64,000 nucleotides of DNA from Histomonas meleagridis 2922-C6/04-290x (Eukaryota > Protista > Parabasalia), in assembly GCA_020184695.1 (NCBI GenBank), contig JAANOX010000220.1:1-64000 (forward strand), written 5' to 3'. Under the pieces are notes generated by a model. The model did not search any database. It was not told the DNA's origin and worked only from the letters and a program-made list of their open reading frames with translations. Of this stretch, positions 42,936-54,503 are shown in pieces. Position 1 is the first letter of the stretch. The number at the start of each line of letters is the position of its first letter. The position numbers and the translations under genes were made by a program.

Positions 42936-43781
42936 ATGAAAGCAAAAAATACAAATAATCAAGATAATGACAAATTAAAACGATCATTAAGGCTTCGCGC
43001 TATGCAAAAGAATGCTGTTGAAAATTTGGATTTTGAAAAAGCAGAAAAAATTGAAAGAATGATTAAAAATCAAAGAAAAAATAAAATTACTAAAATTAAC
43101 ATTGATATGCTTACAGACAAACTTGAAAGTATTATTTATAACTCAGAACAAAATATAGAGAAATTAAAATCACAATCAATAATGAATGAAATCAATTCAC
43201 GTAGAAAGATAAATACATCATTTGAAGAATTAAAAGAGAAGCATAAGCAAGAATTATTCGAATTGATGAAAAAGTATGCAGTTGCTAAAATGCATGAAAC
43301 GCAAAGAGCAATTCCCAAAAAAGATGAACTTATTTTACAATCTAAAGGAGCAGGAATGTCTGGAAACTTCCAAGAGGCCAAGCGTCTCCGTGATTTAGCT
43401 TATGTCATTGGAGAAACTGATCTAGAGTCAAGACTTGCAAAGACAGATATTGATTTCGACAACAACAAAAAAGTATTAATGAAGAAGCAATCAACTGAAA
43501 TTAAGAATTTAGCTCAAAAGCTAAACTCTGAACTTCTTTCAATTAAAGAAAACACAACATTGATGATTGAAAAGGAAAATGAACTTAAAAATGTAAGAAT
43601 ATCATCAATATACTCTCAGGAATTTTCCAAGGATCCAAAAGGAATAAGAGCATTTAAAGAAATTATGGATAGAAACAACTGCCAAATACCATCTGGACTT
43701 ATAATACCTGGACAGTTTATTGAAAAGAACATTGAAGTTTCTCAATCTAGCTCAAAAATTGCAAGAAGAAAAAGTAAGTAA
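42936..43781 (+). CDS. Coiled-coil hypothetical protein
   Basis: 281-codon ORF, heptad-rich. Confidence 0.65.
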   Translation: MKAKNTNNQDNDKLKRSLRLRAMQKNAVENLDFEKAEKIERMIKNQRKNKITKINIDMLTDKLESIIYNSEQNIEKLKSQSIMNEINSRRKINTSFEELKEKHKQELFELMKKYAVAKMHETQRAIPKKDELILQSKGAGMSGNFQEAKRLRDLAYVIGETDLESRLAKTDIDFDNNKKVLMKKQSTEIKNLAQKLNSELLSIKENTTLMIEKENELKNVRISSIYSQEFSKDPKGIRAFKEIMDRNNCQIPSGLIIPGQFIEKNIEVSQSSSKIARRKSK

Positions 43782-43962
43782 TGCAAAGATAATTCAAAGA
43801 GCAATTTGCTTTTTGATTATATACAAATAGTTGAAAATGATTGTTTTTTTGTTGTTATTAAACTCATTATTTTAAAACTTAATGAAAAATTATTATTATT
43901 ATATATATTACTTATTTTACACAGTTTTGTATTGAAAACATTTTATAAAAATATCCAAAAAG

Positions 43963-45087
43963 TTATAAATCTTTACCAATTCTTCGTTTTCCTTCCATTG
44001 TTGTGAGAGCTCTAAACAAAAATTGATCAGCAAGCGATGCACAAGCAAATGCACCGCCCACAATTGCGCATATAGATTTAATCAATTGCCACAATGAATA
44101 TGTTGTTTCTGTTGACACAACAGAGAAAGGAGCTATATCAAACTGGAAATAAATTCCTGGAACATCTCTTGTCATTGTTTCTGTGATATTCTTTTGAACG
44201 AATACAGGTGTGAACTTATACGTATTCACTTCAAACATTCTGGTGGATATCCATTTAGTTGGAACCACATTTAATCTGTACTTATAACTCATTCTTCCTT
44301 TTTGTTTTTGTATAAAAGTAAGCGAGTCAAGTGGATGTTTCATCCCTGGAACATTGGCACCGATTTCAAAATAATGAATAGTATGAGAAAGGTTCAATGA
44401 GCGAGAAACATGTGAGATATCACGAAGCTTTTTCCCTGCAGGTTTCGCATCATCAACGGTTGTAAAAAGAAGGGTGCCCCGAACGCGAGGTAACTTAATC
44501 ATTCCTGAGATAAGACAACTTTCTTTTCCAAAATTAACATAACCTTCATCAATGCATTGTTGCCACTTATCCATTGATGAGAGGTCCCATCCTTTGGCTT
44601 TAAATGCATCAATGACATCATCACATGTTTGACAACATTGACCTTTAGTACCTGCACCATAACAACTACCACAAGTTTGTGGACGTGTTGGTGTGTTATT
44701 ACGATTTTTGACATTATGTTTTTTGATGCTGATCCATTCTTTACTTCCTGTAGCATAACCATTCTCATCAATAGTTTGTTTGCGAATTTCATTGTGGACA
44801 TTAATTTGTCGATTTCCATCTGAATCATATGCGATTGGTATAAAATGATTACAAGGTGAATAAATTGTCATATTAAATGTTACTGCCATTGTTCTGTAAA
44901 TTCCTACGCGTGATGTATCAACAACAATTTCATCATGGAGACGTGGAATAAATAATTGTAAAAACTCATGCCAAAATAAAATTGTCATTGCACAAATTGT
45001 TAATATCGATAGAACTGCTCCTCCAAATGTCTTAACTTTTACGTCTGAATCTGTATACTTTGGAAAAAAATCGAATTTCGTTAACAT
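43963..45087 (-). CDS. ERGIC3/Erv46-family COPII cargo protein
   Basis: KFDFFPK...KTFGGAVLSI, CGSCYGA, CCQTCDDVIDAF..GW, NLSHTIH, PGIYFQFDIAP, ICAIVGG; likely start at 45087. Confidence 0.9.
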   Translation of the reverse strand: MLTKFDFFPKYTDSDVKVKTFGGAVLSILTICAMTILFWHEFLQLFIPRLHDEIVVDTSRVGIYRTMAVTFNMTIYSPCNHFIPIAYDSDGNRQINVHNEIRKQTIDENGYATGSKEWISIKKHNVKNRNNTPTRPQTCGSCYGAGTKGQCCQTCDDVIDAFKAKGWDLSSMDKWQQCIDEGYVNFGKESCLISGMIKLPRVRGTLLFTTVDDAKPAGKKLRDISHVSRSLNLSHTIHYFEIGANVPGMKHPLDSLTFIQKQKGRMSYKYRLNVVPTKWISTRMFEVNTYKFTPVFVQKNITETMTRDVPGIYFQFDIAPFSVVSTETTYSLWQLIKSICAIVGGAFACASLADQFLFRALTTMEGKRRIGKDL

Positions 45088-45151
45088 AAGGAACGAAGAC
45101 CGTTTAATTATGTGGTTGAATGTTTGGGGTGTCCTATAAAAAGCACTCATC

Positions 45152-48100
45152 ATGCCTCCTAAATCACCATTAGCTGAACAAGAAGCTAAGGATAAAAAAA
45201 TGATTGACCTTGGGATTAAGGAGGCTCAAAAATTGATAGCATCTCAACAATACGAAGAAGCAAATCGAACAATTTCAAGAATTTCACCCCCAAGTTTTAG
45301 ATTACATTATCATCAATTTGAAGTTGCTATTTTAAAAGCTGGTTTGGCACTTAAGCAATCAAAATGGACCGAAGCACGTACCACTATTCAAAGTGCTATT
45401 AGATTAAAACCAGAAGATCCACTTGCATGGAAACTTTTTATTCAAATAGATAGTAAAGGTGGCACATCCAAAGATTTAAAGGCAACTATTCAAAATGCCA
45501 TGCAAAATTCAAAGCATGATAAATCAATCGTTCTAGCAATTGCGCCATTTCTCAAACAATTTGATGATGACCTTATTACAAATGAATTTATTCATTTTGT
45601 TCGTTCCACACCCGATGGCATAAAATTACCAATATCCACATATATTCCTGAAACTCCAGAAACGTTAGATTTCCGTATTGAAATTCTTACTCTAGCTGCA
45701 CAATCTGATCCTGAAGCATGTTCCACTCTCATTCATTTGTATCTTGACGAATCTGATCCATTCAAAGCAATTCCTCTATCGTTAACCCTCCCCGAGGGGC
45801 ACCCCGACCGTCTTTATGTTGAAACATTATTAGGAGATGATCCTATTGGTTCAGCTCTTAAACATTTTCAAACAGGTTCACCACGTTTTCGTGATTTTCT
45901 TCAAGCAGCCAAAGAAGGAAATATCTCCAAACTTAAATCGGAGATTAGTTTAATACCATCATTTTTATCAGGTCGAATATATATATGTGAACATATTACA
46001 GATCCAAAACAACGAATTCAATATATTCATGAATCCCTTACTAAATTTCCACAATCGAAAAAATTATTAATATTATTATCTCAAGCAAAAGAAGAACTTA
46101 ATGACATTGATGGATCAATATCAACAATAAAACAAATCCAACAACTTGATACAAAACTTGGGCAATCAATGTTATTAGAAATCTTAGTACGACATCAACG
46201 TGTTAAAGAAGCAGCCGAAATTCTTAACAATGATAATAACGCAGAAATTCCAACGTATGAAAAGGCAGTAATTGAATTACAATTATATAAATCTGATAAT
46301 GATATAAATAGACTTAAGACAATATTACAATTACCAGATGAACCGAAACTTTATGGAATTAAAGCCGAATGTGCATATGAACTTCGAAATGAACTTGGCG
46401 ATAAATGTGAAAGTATTTTTATAAATGCTTTGAAAAATGATAAAAATAATCCGAATATCTATATAATGTTTGGGAAATATCAACTTACAATTAAGAAGGA
46501 CATTGAAAAGTATAAATTTTTAATGCAAAAAGCCATCGAATTAGGATCAACTGATATTGAAGCGTGCGAATTAATTAGTAAAGAATTCATCGGAAAAAAT
46601 GAACTCGAAAAAGCATTAGAAATATGCGAAAGAGTTGACACTGAATGGAGTCATTTTCGATCTGGTTTAATACAACAAAGACTTAAACAACATGAAAATG
46701 CTGTTCAACAATTCCAAATTACATTAAGATATAATCCGAATTGTTATGAAGCTTGGAGCTCATTAGGTTATTCTTATATTATATTAGGGAGAATAATGGC
46801 TGCGAAAGAAGTCACTGAAGAATTACGGAAGATTGGGAAACCTGATAAATCATTAGAAAACCAAGTTTCCACATTTTTAGGAAGAACAATTGAAATCAAA
46901 GAATTTACATCCGAATATTTTGAGATCGAAACAAATCCATTACCATTTTATACTTATTTACAACAAATTATTATATTAATTCGAAGGTTTAAACGATTTG
47001 GTCGACTTGAAACATGTAATAAGTTAATTAATAATATAGAAAATATAGTTGAAAAATTTGCTCAGAAATGGAATTCATTAAGTTCCGTCTTAAAAATTTG
47101 TGGCGATTTTTATGTCGAATGTTTTGATCTTAAAAACGACGCAAAATATTCATTAAATTCATTTAACTTATATAAGAAAAGAGTTGAACTTGATTTACGA
47201 GCCGAAAGTTTTATAGATTTATCACATTCACTTTACTTATTAAACAAACCTGAAGATGCATTAAATATATTACGTCGAGTTATTAAAACATTTCCAACAA
47301 ATTCATTGTTATGGATGAATTTGGGGATTTCATTTGCTTTAAATAATCGATATCCATTTGCACGACATTGTTTATGTGTATCTTCCAAACTTTCGACTGA
47401 TATTGAAGCATCACGTTCATTTGGATGTTGTGCAGCTATTGCAAATCTAATTAATGATGAAGAATTATTTAAACAATCAACAAATATGGCAAGACAATAT
47501 AACCCTTATGATCCAGATGTTTGGGAATTACTTACTAAGAAAAGTGACGACGTAAGCAAATTTGACGCTGCGTTAATAGCATTTGAATTCGGATGTACAA
47601 AAAATATTTTAGAAATTCTTCCATCACTTTGTTTAAGATCAAATCATTTACTTGAAGCTTTAAACTTCGCTTTAATATCTAGAAATAGAAATGATATTTG
47701 TCAAGCTTATGAAGCAATTGGCGATTATGAAAACGCATTAAAATTCGTCGATGATAATGAAGAAATCAAAAATAAGATTTTGTTGATTGGTAATTATTCA
47801 TTAAATGAATTTAAAGAATTCGATTTGTATAAAAATAACTCGTATGAAGACGCCGCGAAGTTATTCGCTGAAAAAGATGATATATATAATCAAATCGCTT
47901 ACGCTTTATGTTTACATGCAATGAAGAAAAACGATGAAGCAATTGAAGTGTTAAATAAAGTGAAAAGTGACGCGCTTTTTCTGGCAAAGCCGATCGATAG
48001 GATAATTCTGTCGTTTACGGAAAAGTCGAAAACCGTCGAGTCGCCGTTTATTGAAAAGGACCCTTTATATTTCTTCCTGAATCAATTAAGAGCAAATACA

Positions 48101-48421
48101 AGATATGGTGCAGCAAAGGCAACAATAAAAAGATTCCCGTCTTCAGATCAGGCAATTAGATTGTTTTTGTATGAAATGTTGAATTGTAAAGTTGAAAATG
48201 ATGATGATGAAACAAATGATTTTGCACTAACAAAAGCAAGAGCATTGTTTAAGCAATCACCTTCGAAGGAAACATTAACGCTCCTTGTAATATTTCTAGT
48301 GAAATGTACAAAATTTGATGAAGCAAAAGTCGAGTTACAAAAGCTTTGCGTGTTGTGTCCATCGATAATACCATTGGCAAAGAATTTGCTAATACAAAAA
48401 CAACGAAATTTTAATGTTTAA
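45152..48421 (+). CDS. TPR-repeat protein (SKI3/TTC37-like)
   Basis: Multiple TPRs (AIRLKPEDPLAW; WSHFRSGLIQQRLKQHENAVQQFQITLRYNPNCYEAWSSLGYSY; LLWMNLG). Confidence 0.6.
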   Translation: MPPKSPLAEQEAKDKKMIDLGIKEAQKLIASQQYEEANRTISRISPPSFRLHYHQFEVAILKAGLALKQSKWTEARTTIQSAIRLKPEDPLAWKLFIQIDSKGGTSKDLKATIQNAMQNSKHDKSIVLAIAPFLKQFDDDLITNEFIHFVRSTPDGIKLPISTYIPETPETLDFRIEILTLAAQSDPEACSTLIHLYLDESDPFKAIPLSLTLPEGHPDRLYVETLLGDDPIGSALKHFQTGSPRFRDFLQAAKEGNISKLKSEISLIPSFLSGRIYICEHITDPKQRIQYIHESLTKFPQSKKLLILLSQAKEELNDIDGSISTIKQIQQLDTKLGQSMLLEILVRHQRVKEAAEILNNDNNAEIPTYEKAVIELQLYKSDNDINRLKTILQLPDEPKLYGIKAECAYELRNELGDKCESIFINALKNDKNNPNIYIMFGKYQLTIKKDIEKYKFLMQKAIELGSTDIEACELISKEFIGKNELEKALEICERVDTEWSHFRSGLIQQRLKQHENAVQQFQITLRYNPNCYEAWSSLGYSYIILGRIMAAKEVTEELRKIGKPDKSLENQVSTFLGRTIEIKEFTSEYFEIETNPLPFYTYLQQIIILIRRFKRFGRLETCNKLINNIENIVEKFAQKWNSLSSVLKICGDFYVECFDLKNDAKYSLNSFNLYKKRVELDLRAESFIDLSHSLYLLNKPEDALNILRRVIKTFPTNSLLWMNLGISFALNNRYPFARHCLCVSSKLSTDIEASRSFGCCAAIANLINDEELFKQSTNMARQYNPYDPDVWELLTKKSDDVSKFDAALIAFEFGCTKNILEILPSLCLRSNHLLEALNFALISRNRNDICQAYEAIGDYENALKFVDDNEEIKNKILLIGNYSLNEFKEFDLYKNNSYEDAAKLFAEKDDIYNQIAYALCLHAMKKNDEAIEVLNKVKSDALFLAKPIDRIILSFTEKSKTVESPFIEKDPLYFFLNQLRANTRYGAAKATIKRFPSSDQAIRLFLYEMLNCKVENDDDETNDFALTKARALFKQSPSKETLTLLVIFLVKCTKFDEAKVELQKLCVLCPSIIPLAKNLLIQKQRNFNV

Positions 48422-48962
48422 TAAATATTAGATTATTGAATTGATTTTAAAACTAATTCAAATATTTTTTATTGGGGAATTATGCAAAGTTTTATATCTT
48501 TAAATTTTTATTAATGTATAAATTACCAAAATGTGCAGAATCGATAATTTCTTCTCCTTCTCCGATAAAAATCCTTGATAAATTTAAATTTTATATATTA
48601 TTTTCTATTCTTGCATTTGTTTTTCCTTGTGTGAAGAGGACATTACAGCCACCAGCACGTTAATTAACTTTTGTGAACAAAATTCTACTATTCAAAAAGT
48701 GGTGCAGAGTTCACTTTTGTAAACGATAAAATTTTTAATGACCGACTTTTTGACAGTCACGTATGGCCATACAAACATCGTCGTTTAAACGCATTCAATT
48801 TAGGACATGCTAAGTGAAAACAACTTTAACCCAGATGAAAAACCGTCACAGTATAACCTGAAATTTACCCATTTATCATTCAAAAATTGCCGAAAATTTG
48901 GGTGAATTTAATAACCGTTTATTAGAATTTGGGTGTTAATTCAATTGTCAAGTCATAAATAA

Positions 48963-51710
48963 ATGAAGATGAATATTCTCTTTATTTCCATATCTTTAGC
49001 TCTTCTTTTTAAAGATACTCATGAAAAATTCTCAGAAGGAACGCTTGAAATAACTAGCTCAAGTGAATTTGACTCACAATATCAAAGTGAAACAATTCAT
49101 GTTATTATCGGTGGTAATGTAACTATAATTCCTTATCGCGCTTTTATCGAATGGCCTCGTTTAAAAACTGTTGATATTTCAAATTCCGTTGTTACTATTG
49201 AAATGGATGCATTTTATAGATGTTCTGCATTAGAAACAGTTAACATTGGCGATGGTGTTACCACAATTTGGACTTGTGCTTTTGAGGAATGTGCAAATTT
49301 AACTACAGTTAATCTTGGGCATTCTGTTAAAAATATTGAAGATCGGGTATTTTCCGGATGTACTTCATTAAAATCATTCACATTTGTGGATTCTATTGAA
49401 ACGATTGGAAGTAATGCATTTTCTCGTTGTTCTTTCCAAAATATTGAAATTCCTCATTCAATTCAATTTAGGGATTTTGTTTTTTCTAACTGTATATATT
49501 TAGAAACAGTTGATATTAAAGGGGAAGAAACTATATTTGGAATTTCAACATTTCGTGATTGCCCAAATATTAAATCCATCACAATATCAAGTGATAATAA
49601 ATATTTTTCAAATTTAAATGGTGATGGAATTCTTTATAATAAAAGCAGAACATCAATTATATTTTATCCACCCAAAAAAACAAATACAGAATATAGTATT
49701 CCAAGTTCTGTTATTAGAATTGAGAATTATGGATTTGCTTATTCTTTATTGGAAACAGTTCAATTTACAGATAGTATTACAGAAATTGGTGAAAATGCAT
49801 TTTACAATTGTTCTTTATTAAAAAATATTGAAATTCCAAAATTAATTCGAACGATTGAACAATGTACGTTTTTAGATTGTTCGAAATTAGAAACATTGAA
49901 TTTAGGTAATGTTGTTACAATATGTTATAGGGCATTTGATAACTGTTATTCCTTACAAAATATTATAATTCCTGATTCAGTTGAAACAATCGATAGTAAT
50001 GTCTTTTCTTATTGTTATTCACTACAATCTGTTAATATAGGAAATAATGTTGCAACAATTGGAAGATATGCATTTTCTAGTTGTGGAAGATTAGAGAAAG
50101 TGAATTTTGGTAATAATGTTAATATAATAGATGATTATGCATTTTATTATTGTAATGCATTACAAAGAATTGAAATACCAAATTCAGTTATTACAATTGG
50201 TGGATATGTGTTTTATTTTTGTACTTCGTTGGAATCAATTTCATTAGGAAATAAAGTTGAAACAATTAATGATTATGCATTTTCGAATTGTGATTCATTA
50301 CAAAGTATTGTAATTCCAAACTCAGTTACCAAAACTGGTAATTACACATTTTCTGAATGTAAAAAATTGGAATCTGTTTCTTTAGGAAATAATGTTAATG
50401 CAATTGGAAATTCAGCATTCTATTTGTGTGAAGTATTAAAGGATATCACTATTCCAAATTCAGTTACTACAATCGGTGATTCTGCATTTTCTTATTGTTA
50501 TTTACTACAATTTGTAAGTAATGGAGAGGGTGTTGTTACAATTGGAAATGAAGCATTTTATGAATGTATTAATTTAGAAACAGTTAATATTGGAAGCAAT
50601 GTTAACTCAATTGGAATTAATACTTTTATTGGTTGTACAAATCTTAAATCAATTAAAGTATCGAATGAAAATAATTATTATTCGAATTTTAATGATGATG
50701 GAATTCTTTATAATAAAAACATAACCACAATTATTTGGTATCCATCAAAGAATGAAAATACGATATATAATATACCAAATTCAGTTACGAACATTGAAAA
50801 TTATTCATTTTATAAATGTTCTGTTCTTGAAACAGTTAACATTGGAGATAATGTTATGATAATTGAAACACAATCATTTTATATTTGTAAAAGTTTTAAA
50901 TCCATTAAAGTATCGAATAATAACAAATATTATTCAAGTGTTAGTGATGATGGAATTCTTTATAATAAAGATATTACATCCATTGTATATTACCCATCAG
51001 GAAATGAAAACACTATAGTTACTATTGCAAATTCAGTCATTGAAATTGGAGAATATGCTTTTGCTTATTGTTCTTTCTTGGAAACAGTTGATTTTAATGA
51101 AAAGACAGAAACAATATCTAAATATGCCTTTTATTGTGGTTCCATTAAAAACATTGAAATTCCAAATTTAGTTAAAACAATAGAAGAATATACATTTTAT
51201 TCATGTTTGCAATTAGAAACAGTAAACTTTGGAAGTGTTGTTACAATTGGTAGATATTCATTTAGTCAATGCGCTTCATTAATAAGTATCGAAATTCCTG
51301 ATTCAGTTACAACTATTTGCCAAAATGCATTTTATAATTGTTCAAACTTAAATACAATTAAAATAGGAAAGAATGTTGCCAAAATAGAATATGATGCATT
51401 TACGTTATGTTCCCTTTATTGCATTTATTATTATGGAGAAACAGAGCCAACAATCGAATACGATTTTTATTTTGTTTTCCCAGATATTTCTGTTATTGTA
51501 CTTCCTTCTTATCAAAGTAACAAATTCGGTTATTATTCAATTACATATGATACAGAATGTAAAGTTCCAAGTGATGATAACAATAGCAATACTCTTGCAA
51601 TTGCATTAGGTATTTGTATACCGGTAGTAGTTTTAATTATTGTTGGGTTGGTCATATTCTTTGTTGTTCGATCAAAGAAGAAGAAACAATCCTATTCATC
51701 ATCATCATAA
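48963..51710 (+). CDS. BspA-like (TpLRR) surface protein with TM domain
   Basis: About 30 TpLRR units, three SI.VS..N.YYS....DGILYNK..T.I..YP inserts, TM LAIALGICIPVVVLIIVGLVIFFVV. Confidence 0.93.
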   Translation: MKMNILFISISLALLFKDTHEKFSEGTLEITSSSEFDSQYQSETIHVIIGGNVTIIPYRAFIEWPRLKTVDISNSVVTIEMDAFYRCSALETVNIGDGVTTIWTCAFEECANLTTVNLGHSVKNIEDRVFSGCTSLKSFTFVDSIETIGSNAFSRCSFQNIEIPHSIQFRDFVFSNCIYLETVDIKGEETIFGISTFRDCPNIKSITISSDNKYFSNLNGDGILYNKSRTSIIFYPPKKTNTEYSIPSSVIRIENYGFAYSLLETVQFTDSITEIGENAFYNCSLLKNIEIPKLIRTIEQCTFLDCSKLETLNLGNVVTICYRAFDNCYSLQNIIIPDSVETIDSNVFSYCYSLQSVNIGNNVATIGRYAFSSCGRLEKVNFGNNVNIIDDYAFYYCNALQRIEIPNSVITIGGYVFYFCTSLESISLGNKVETINDYAFSNCDSLQSIVIPNSVTKTGNYTFSECKKLESVSLGNNVNAIGNSAFYLCEVLKDITIPNSVTTIGDSAFSYCYLLQFVSNGEGVVTIGNEAFYECINLETVNIGSNVNSIGINTFIGCTNLKSIKVSNENNYYSNFNDDGILYNKNITTIIWYPSKNENTIYNIPNSVTNIENYSFYKCSVLETVNIGDNVMIIETQSFYICKSFKSIKVSNNNKYYSSVSDDGILYNKDITSIVYYPSGNENTIVTIANSVIEIGEYAFAYCSFLETVDFNEKTETISKYAFYCGSIKNIEIPNLVKTIEEYTFYSCLQLETVNFGSVVTIGRYSFSQCASLISIEIPDSVTTICQNAFYNCSNLNTIKIGKNVAKIEYDAFTLCSLYCIYYYGETEPTIEYDFYFVFPDISVIVLPSYQSNKFGYYSITYDTECKVPSDDNNSNTLAIALGICIPVVVLIIVGLVIFFVVRSKKKKQSYSSSS

Positions 51711-51906
51711 ACTCTTAATGCCTTATTTTTTTTTACTTTGTTTTATTACAAATGCTATAAATTACTTGAAATAAATATATTTTTAAAATATTGGTTAAAT
51801 TATTTTCCAATAAACCATTAACTTTAAATTATCGATATGATAGTTATTGTATACTATTTATTTTAAAAACTTAATTACTCTTCTAAAAGGTTATTCCATT
51901 AACATT

Positions 51907-52740
51907 TTATTCAACAATTTCTTTGAGTTTTTCAGTAGGAGAAATATTGTTTTGTTCCATCTTTTTAACTCTTTGTTCCAGTAGTTCATATTTAGCTTTC
52001 TCTTGTTCATATATAGCTTTTTCTATTTTGATTTTCTTTTCAAGGATTTTGAGCGCGATTTCAGGAAACTCAAGAACATTTAAGAGTGAAAATTTTGATG
52101 AATGAGAAGAAAGAAGATTGTTAATGATCTCTCGAAGACCTTCACTAAGCATACGAATTTTCGTTTGGCTGATATGACGTGTTTCTTCAAAGTTTGAAAG
52201 TGTAGCCATTTCATAAATTATTATTCCCAAATCTGTAAGATCTTTAGCTTTATCAACTTCTTGACAGTTACTAAGTGAAAAATCAGCAATCTTAACATTA
52301 TTTTCTGAATCAAAGAAGACATGACGTGATGTAAGAGAACCATGAGCAATTGGATGAGATTTGTGGTAATGGCATTCATACAATGAAAGAGCAATACTAG
52401 AAACAATATCCCATATCTTATCTTCAGGAATTGGTTTCTTTGTTTCGGCTGCATTAGATATGAAGGATCGAAGGGTACCATTTGGACAATAATCAACAAT
52501 AAGATTTAATGTACCTTGATCATGATCAACAACACAATTGTGATACCTGATGATACCAGGAAACCTGATTTGTGTTAAGGTATTGACAGTTTCAACAATT
52601 CTTATTTTTTCAGATTTAGAAAGACCAACATAATTAATCTTCTTCATTACAAAGATTGAGTTATCACGTAACCTTTGTACCTGGAAAGTGTGACATGATC
52701 CCTTATTGCTTAAAGGTTTGATGATTTTGTATCCTTCCAT
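51907..52740 (-). CDS. NEK-like pseudokinase
   Basis: FVMKKINY, ETVNTL, NLIVDYCPNG, IWDI..IALSLYECH; HGS replaces HRD, DFS replaces DFG, activation segment absent. Confidence 0.7.
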   Translation of the reverse strand: MEGYKIIKPLSNKGSCHTFQVQRLRDNSIFVMKKINYVGLSKSEKIRIVETVNTLTQIRFPGIIRYHNCVVDHDQGTLNLIVDYCPNGTLRSFISNAAETKKPIPEDKIWDIVSSIALSLYECHYHKSHPIAHGSLTSRHVFFDSENNVKIADFSLSNCQEVDKAKDLTDLGIIIYEMATLSNFEETRHISQTKIRMLSEGLREIINNLLSSHSSKFSLLNVLEFPEIALKILEKKIKIEKAIYEQEKAKYELLEQRVKKMEQNNISPTEKLKEIVE

Positions 52741-52903
52741 TTAAAATGTTAAACGTCCATTTTAAACGGCTTCTAATGGATTTCAAACGATTTTTTTTTT
52801 TAGTTTTTTCTCAGAGAAAACTCAGCTAAGTATATAAAATAAATATTTTATTACAAAAAGATCAATGTTTAATAACAATTATATTTTTATGAAACTATTT
52901 CTT

Positions 52904-53635
52904 CTATGCTGATAATCTACATAATTGTATGCATAAGTTTAATTGCTTTGGGAAGTTAATTTCGATGTTTGTTCTTAGTTCTTCCCCAATTTGATCACAA
53001 ATATCTTGAATTTGATCCAAATTTACTTTTTTTCTTTGGCATGATACAGATATTGCGTCAAGGTACTGTATCATTTCATCTATAATTTCTGTGTGATTAA
53101 ATACATTTTGAGTTGGGTTTTCATCAATATTCTCGTTAAAAAATGGAATATTTGGAAATATATCTTTTGGCTTTGCACGCTTCCATCTCCTAAATTCAAC
53201 CATCAGAGGACCCATTTTGTTCTCGCTTTCTTCAAGTCTGGCTTTTAATAAATCAAGATATGGCTCTTTTTCATTTACCTTTCTTAGGGATGTTTTCGCT
53301 GTGCCTCTCATCCAAGTATCAAACGAAATAAAAAAAGATTGATATGCTCTGTCTAAGTAAGGACGAAGATCTTTTTTTTTGATACCAATAGATTTTAATA
53401 AGTAAGAAGCAGATTTTTTAACGACATCACCAAATTGCCTTGCTATTGGCGCTGTTGGATCACGTGGCAATAAGTCTGATTTTTTTATGGTAATTTTTGG
53501 TGATGGATTATTATTACTAATTTGTTTTGAAAAATATTGTATCGTTGGTTCTTTAACAGGAGACATGCTTGGCCTTGGCGTGATTTTTCTTTTTGAATTT
53601 GGGGTTCTTCTGTGCCATTCCACTGGTGAAATCAT
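52904..53635 (-). CDS. Hypothetical protein
   Basis: 243-codon ATG ORF preceded by Inr-like CTCATG. Confidence 0.6.
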   Translation of the reverse strand: MISPVEWHRRTPNSKRKITPRPSMSPVKEPTIQYFSKQISNNNPSPKITIKKSDLLPRDPTAPIARQFGDVVKKSASYLLKSIGIKKKDLRPYLDRAYQSFFISFDTWMRGTAKTSLRKVNEKEPYLDLLKARLEESENKMGPLMVEFRRWKRAKPKDIFPNIPFFNENIDENPTQNVFNHTEIIDEMIQYLDAISVSCQRKKVNLDQIQDICDQIGEELRTNIEINFPKQLNLCIQLCRLSA

Positions 53636-53930
53636 GAGCTAAATCTGTTTAAATGAATAAATTTACTTTTAAATAGTAACACAAAGAAATACGTTTACTT
53701 TTTCTAAGCAGTAAAAAATCAATACCATTCAAAATTTAACAGCCATGTGAATGACACAGACAATCTAAACACAAAACAAGACCACGCAGTATGGAGCTTC
53801 CAACCATTCACAATAATAACAGCAATAAAATTTATTTGTGGTACAAAATTTTTTAATTTTTATTGGATACAACGATAGAATTTTCAGGCAAAAAACACTC
53901 ATTGAATTTTCTATCGTTTGCTGAAACCAT

Positions 53931-54503
53931 TTAATGAGTTTTGCATTTAGATTCAGAATGTTCTTCACATTGAGGTGGGGTACTTTTGTCTGATAAAATA
54001 GCTTCGATTCCTGCTATAATGATATCTTTTACATGTTCATTATTTTTTGCTGAGCATTCTATATAAGCACTTGCTCCAATAACATTTTTCACCTCTTCTA
54101 TTTTAAATTTTGGAATTATATTATCTGTTGTTTTTCGATAATTGAATGAATTATCTTCATCTTTCAAACCAACTAAAATATAATGTTTATTGGAAAAGTC
54201 CTTTCCAAGTTCTTCTAAGTACAAATTTTGGATATATTTTAATGATTGAAGTGAAAAGATTGAAAAACAAAGAACTAAAACGTCTGATTCTCGACAAAAT
54301 AGAAACGCCAATTTTTTAAAATCAACATCAAACTCGTAGGACAATTCTACTCTATACTTTTTATCTTTATATTTTGTATATGTATAACTATCAAAATTTG
54401 GCACATATTCGCTTGGGTAAGATCCATAAATATATGTTAATATGAGTGATCTTCTATCAACTTGTCCAATAAAACCAAAATTGATTTGATTATCTGAGCG
54501 CAT
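53931..54503 (-). CDS. Divergent Rho/Rac-like small GTPase (probable pseudo-GTPase)
   Basis: YPSEYVPNFDSY, DVLVLCFSI, ILVGLKDE, GASAYIECSAK retained; G1 and G3 degenerate. Confidence 0.7.
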   Translation of the reverse strand: MRSDNQINFGFIGQVDRRSLILTYIYGSYPSEYVPNFDSYTYTKYKDKKYRVELSYEFDVDFKKLAFLFCRESDVLVLCFSIFSLQSLKYIQNLYLEELGKDFSNKHYILVGLKDEDNSFNYRKTTDNIIPKFKIEEVKNVIGASAYIECSAKNNEHVKDIIIAGIEAILSDKSTPPQCEEHSESKCKTH

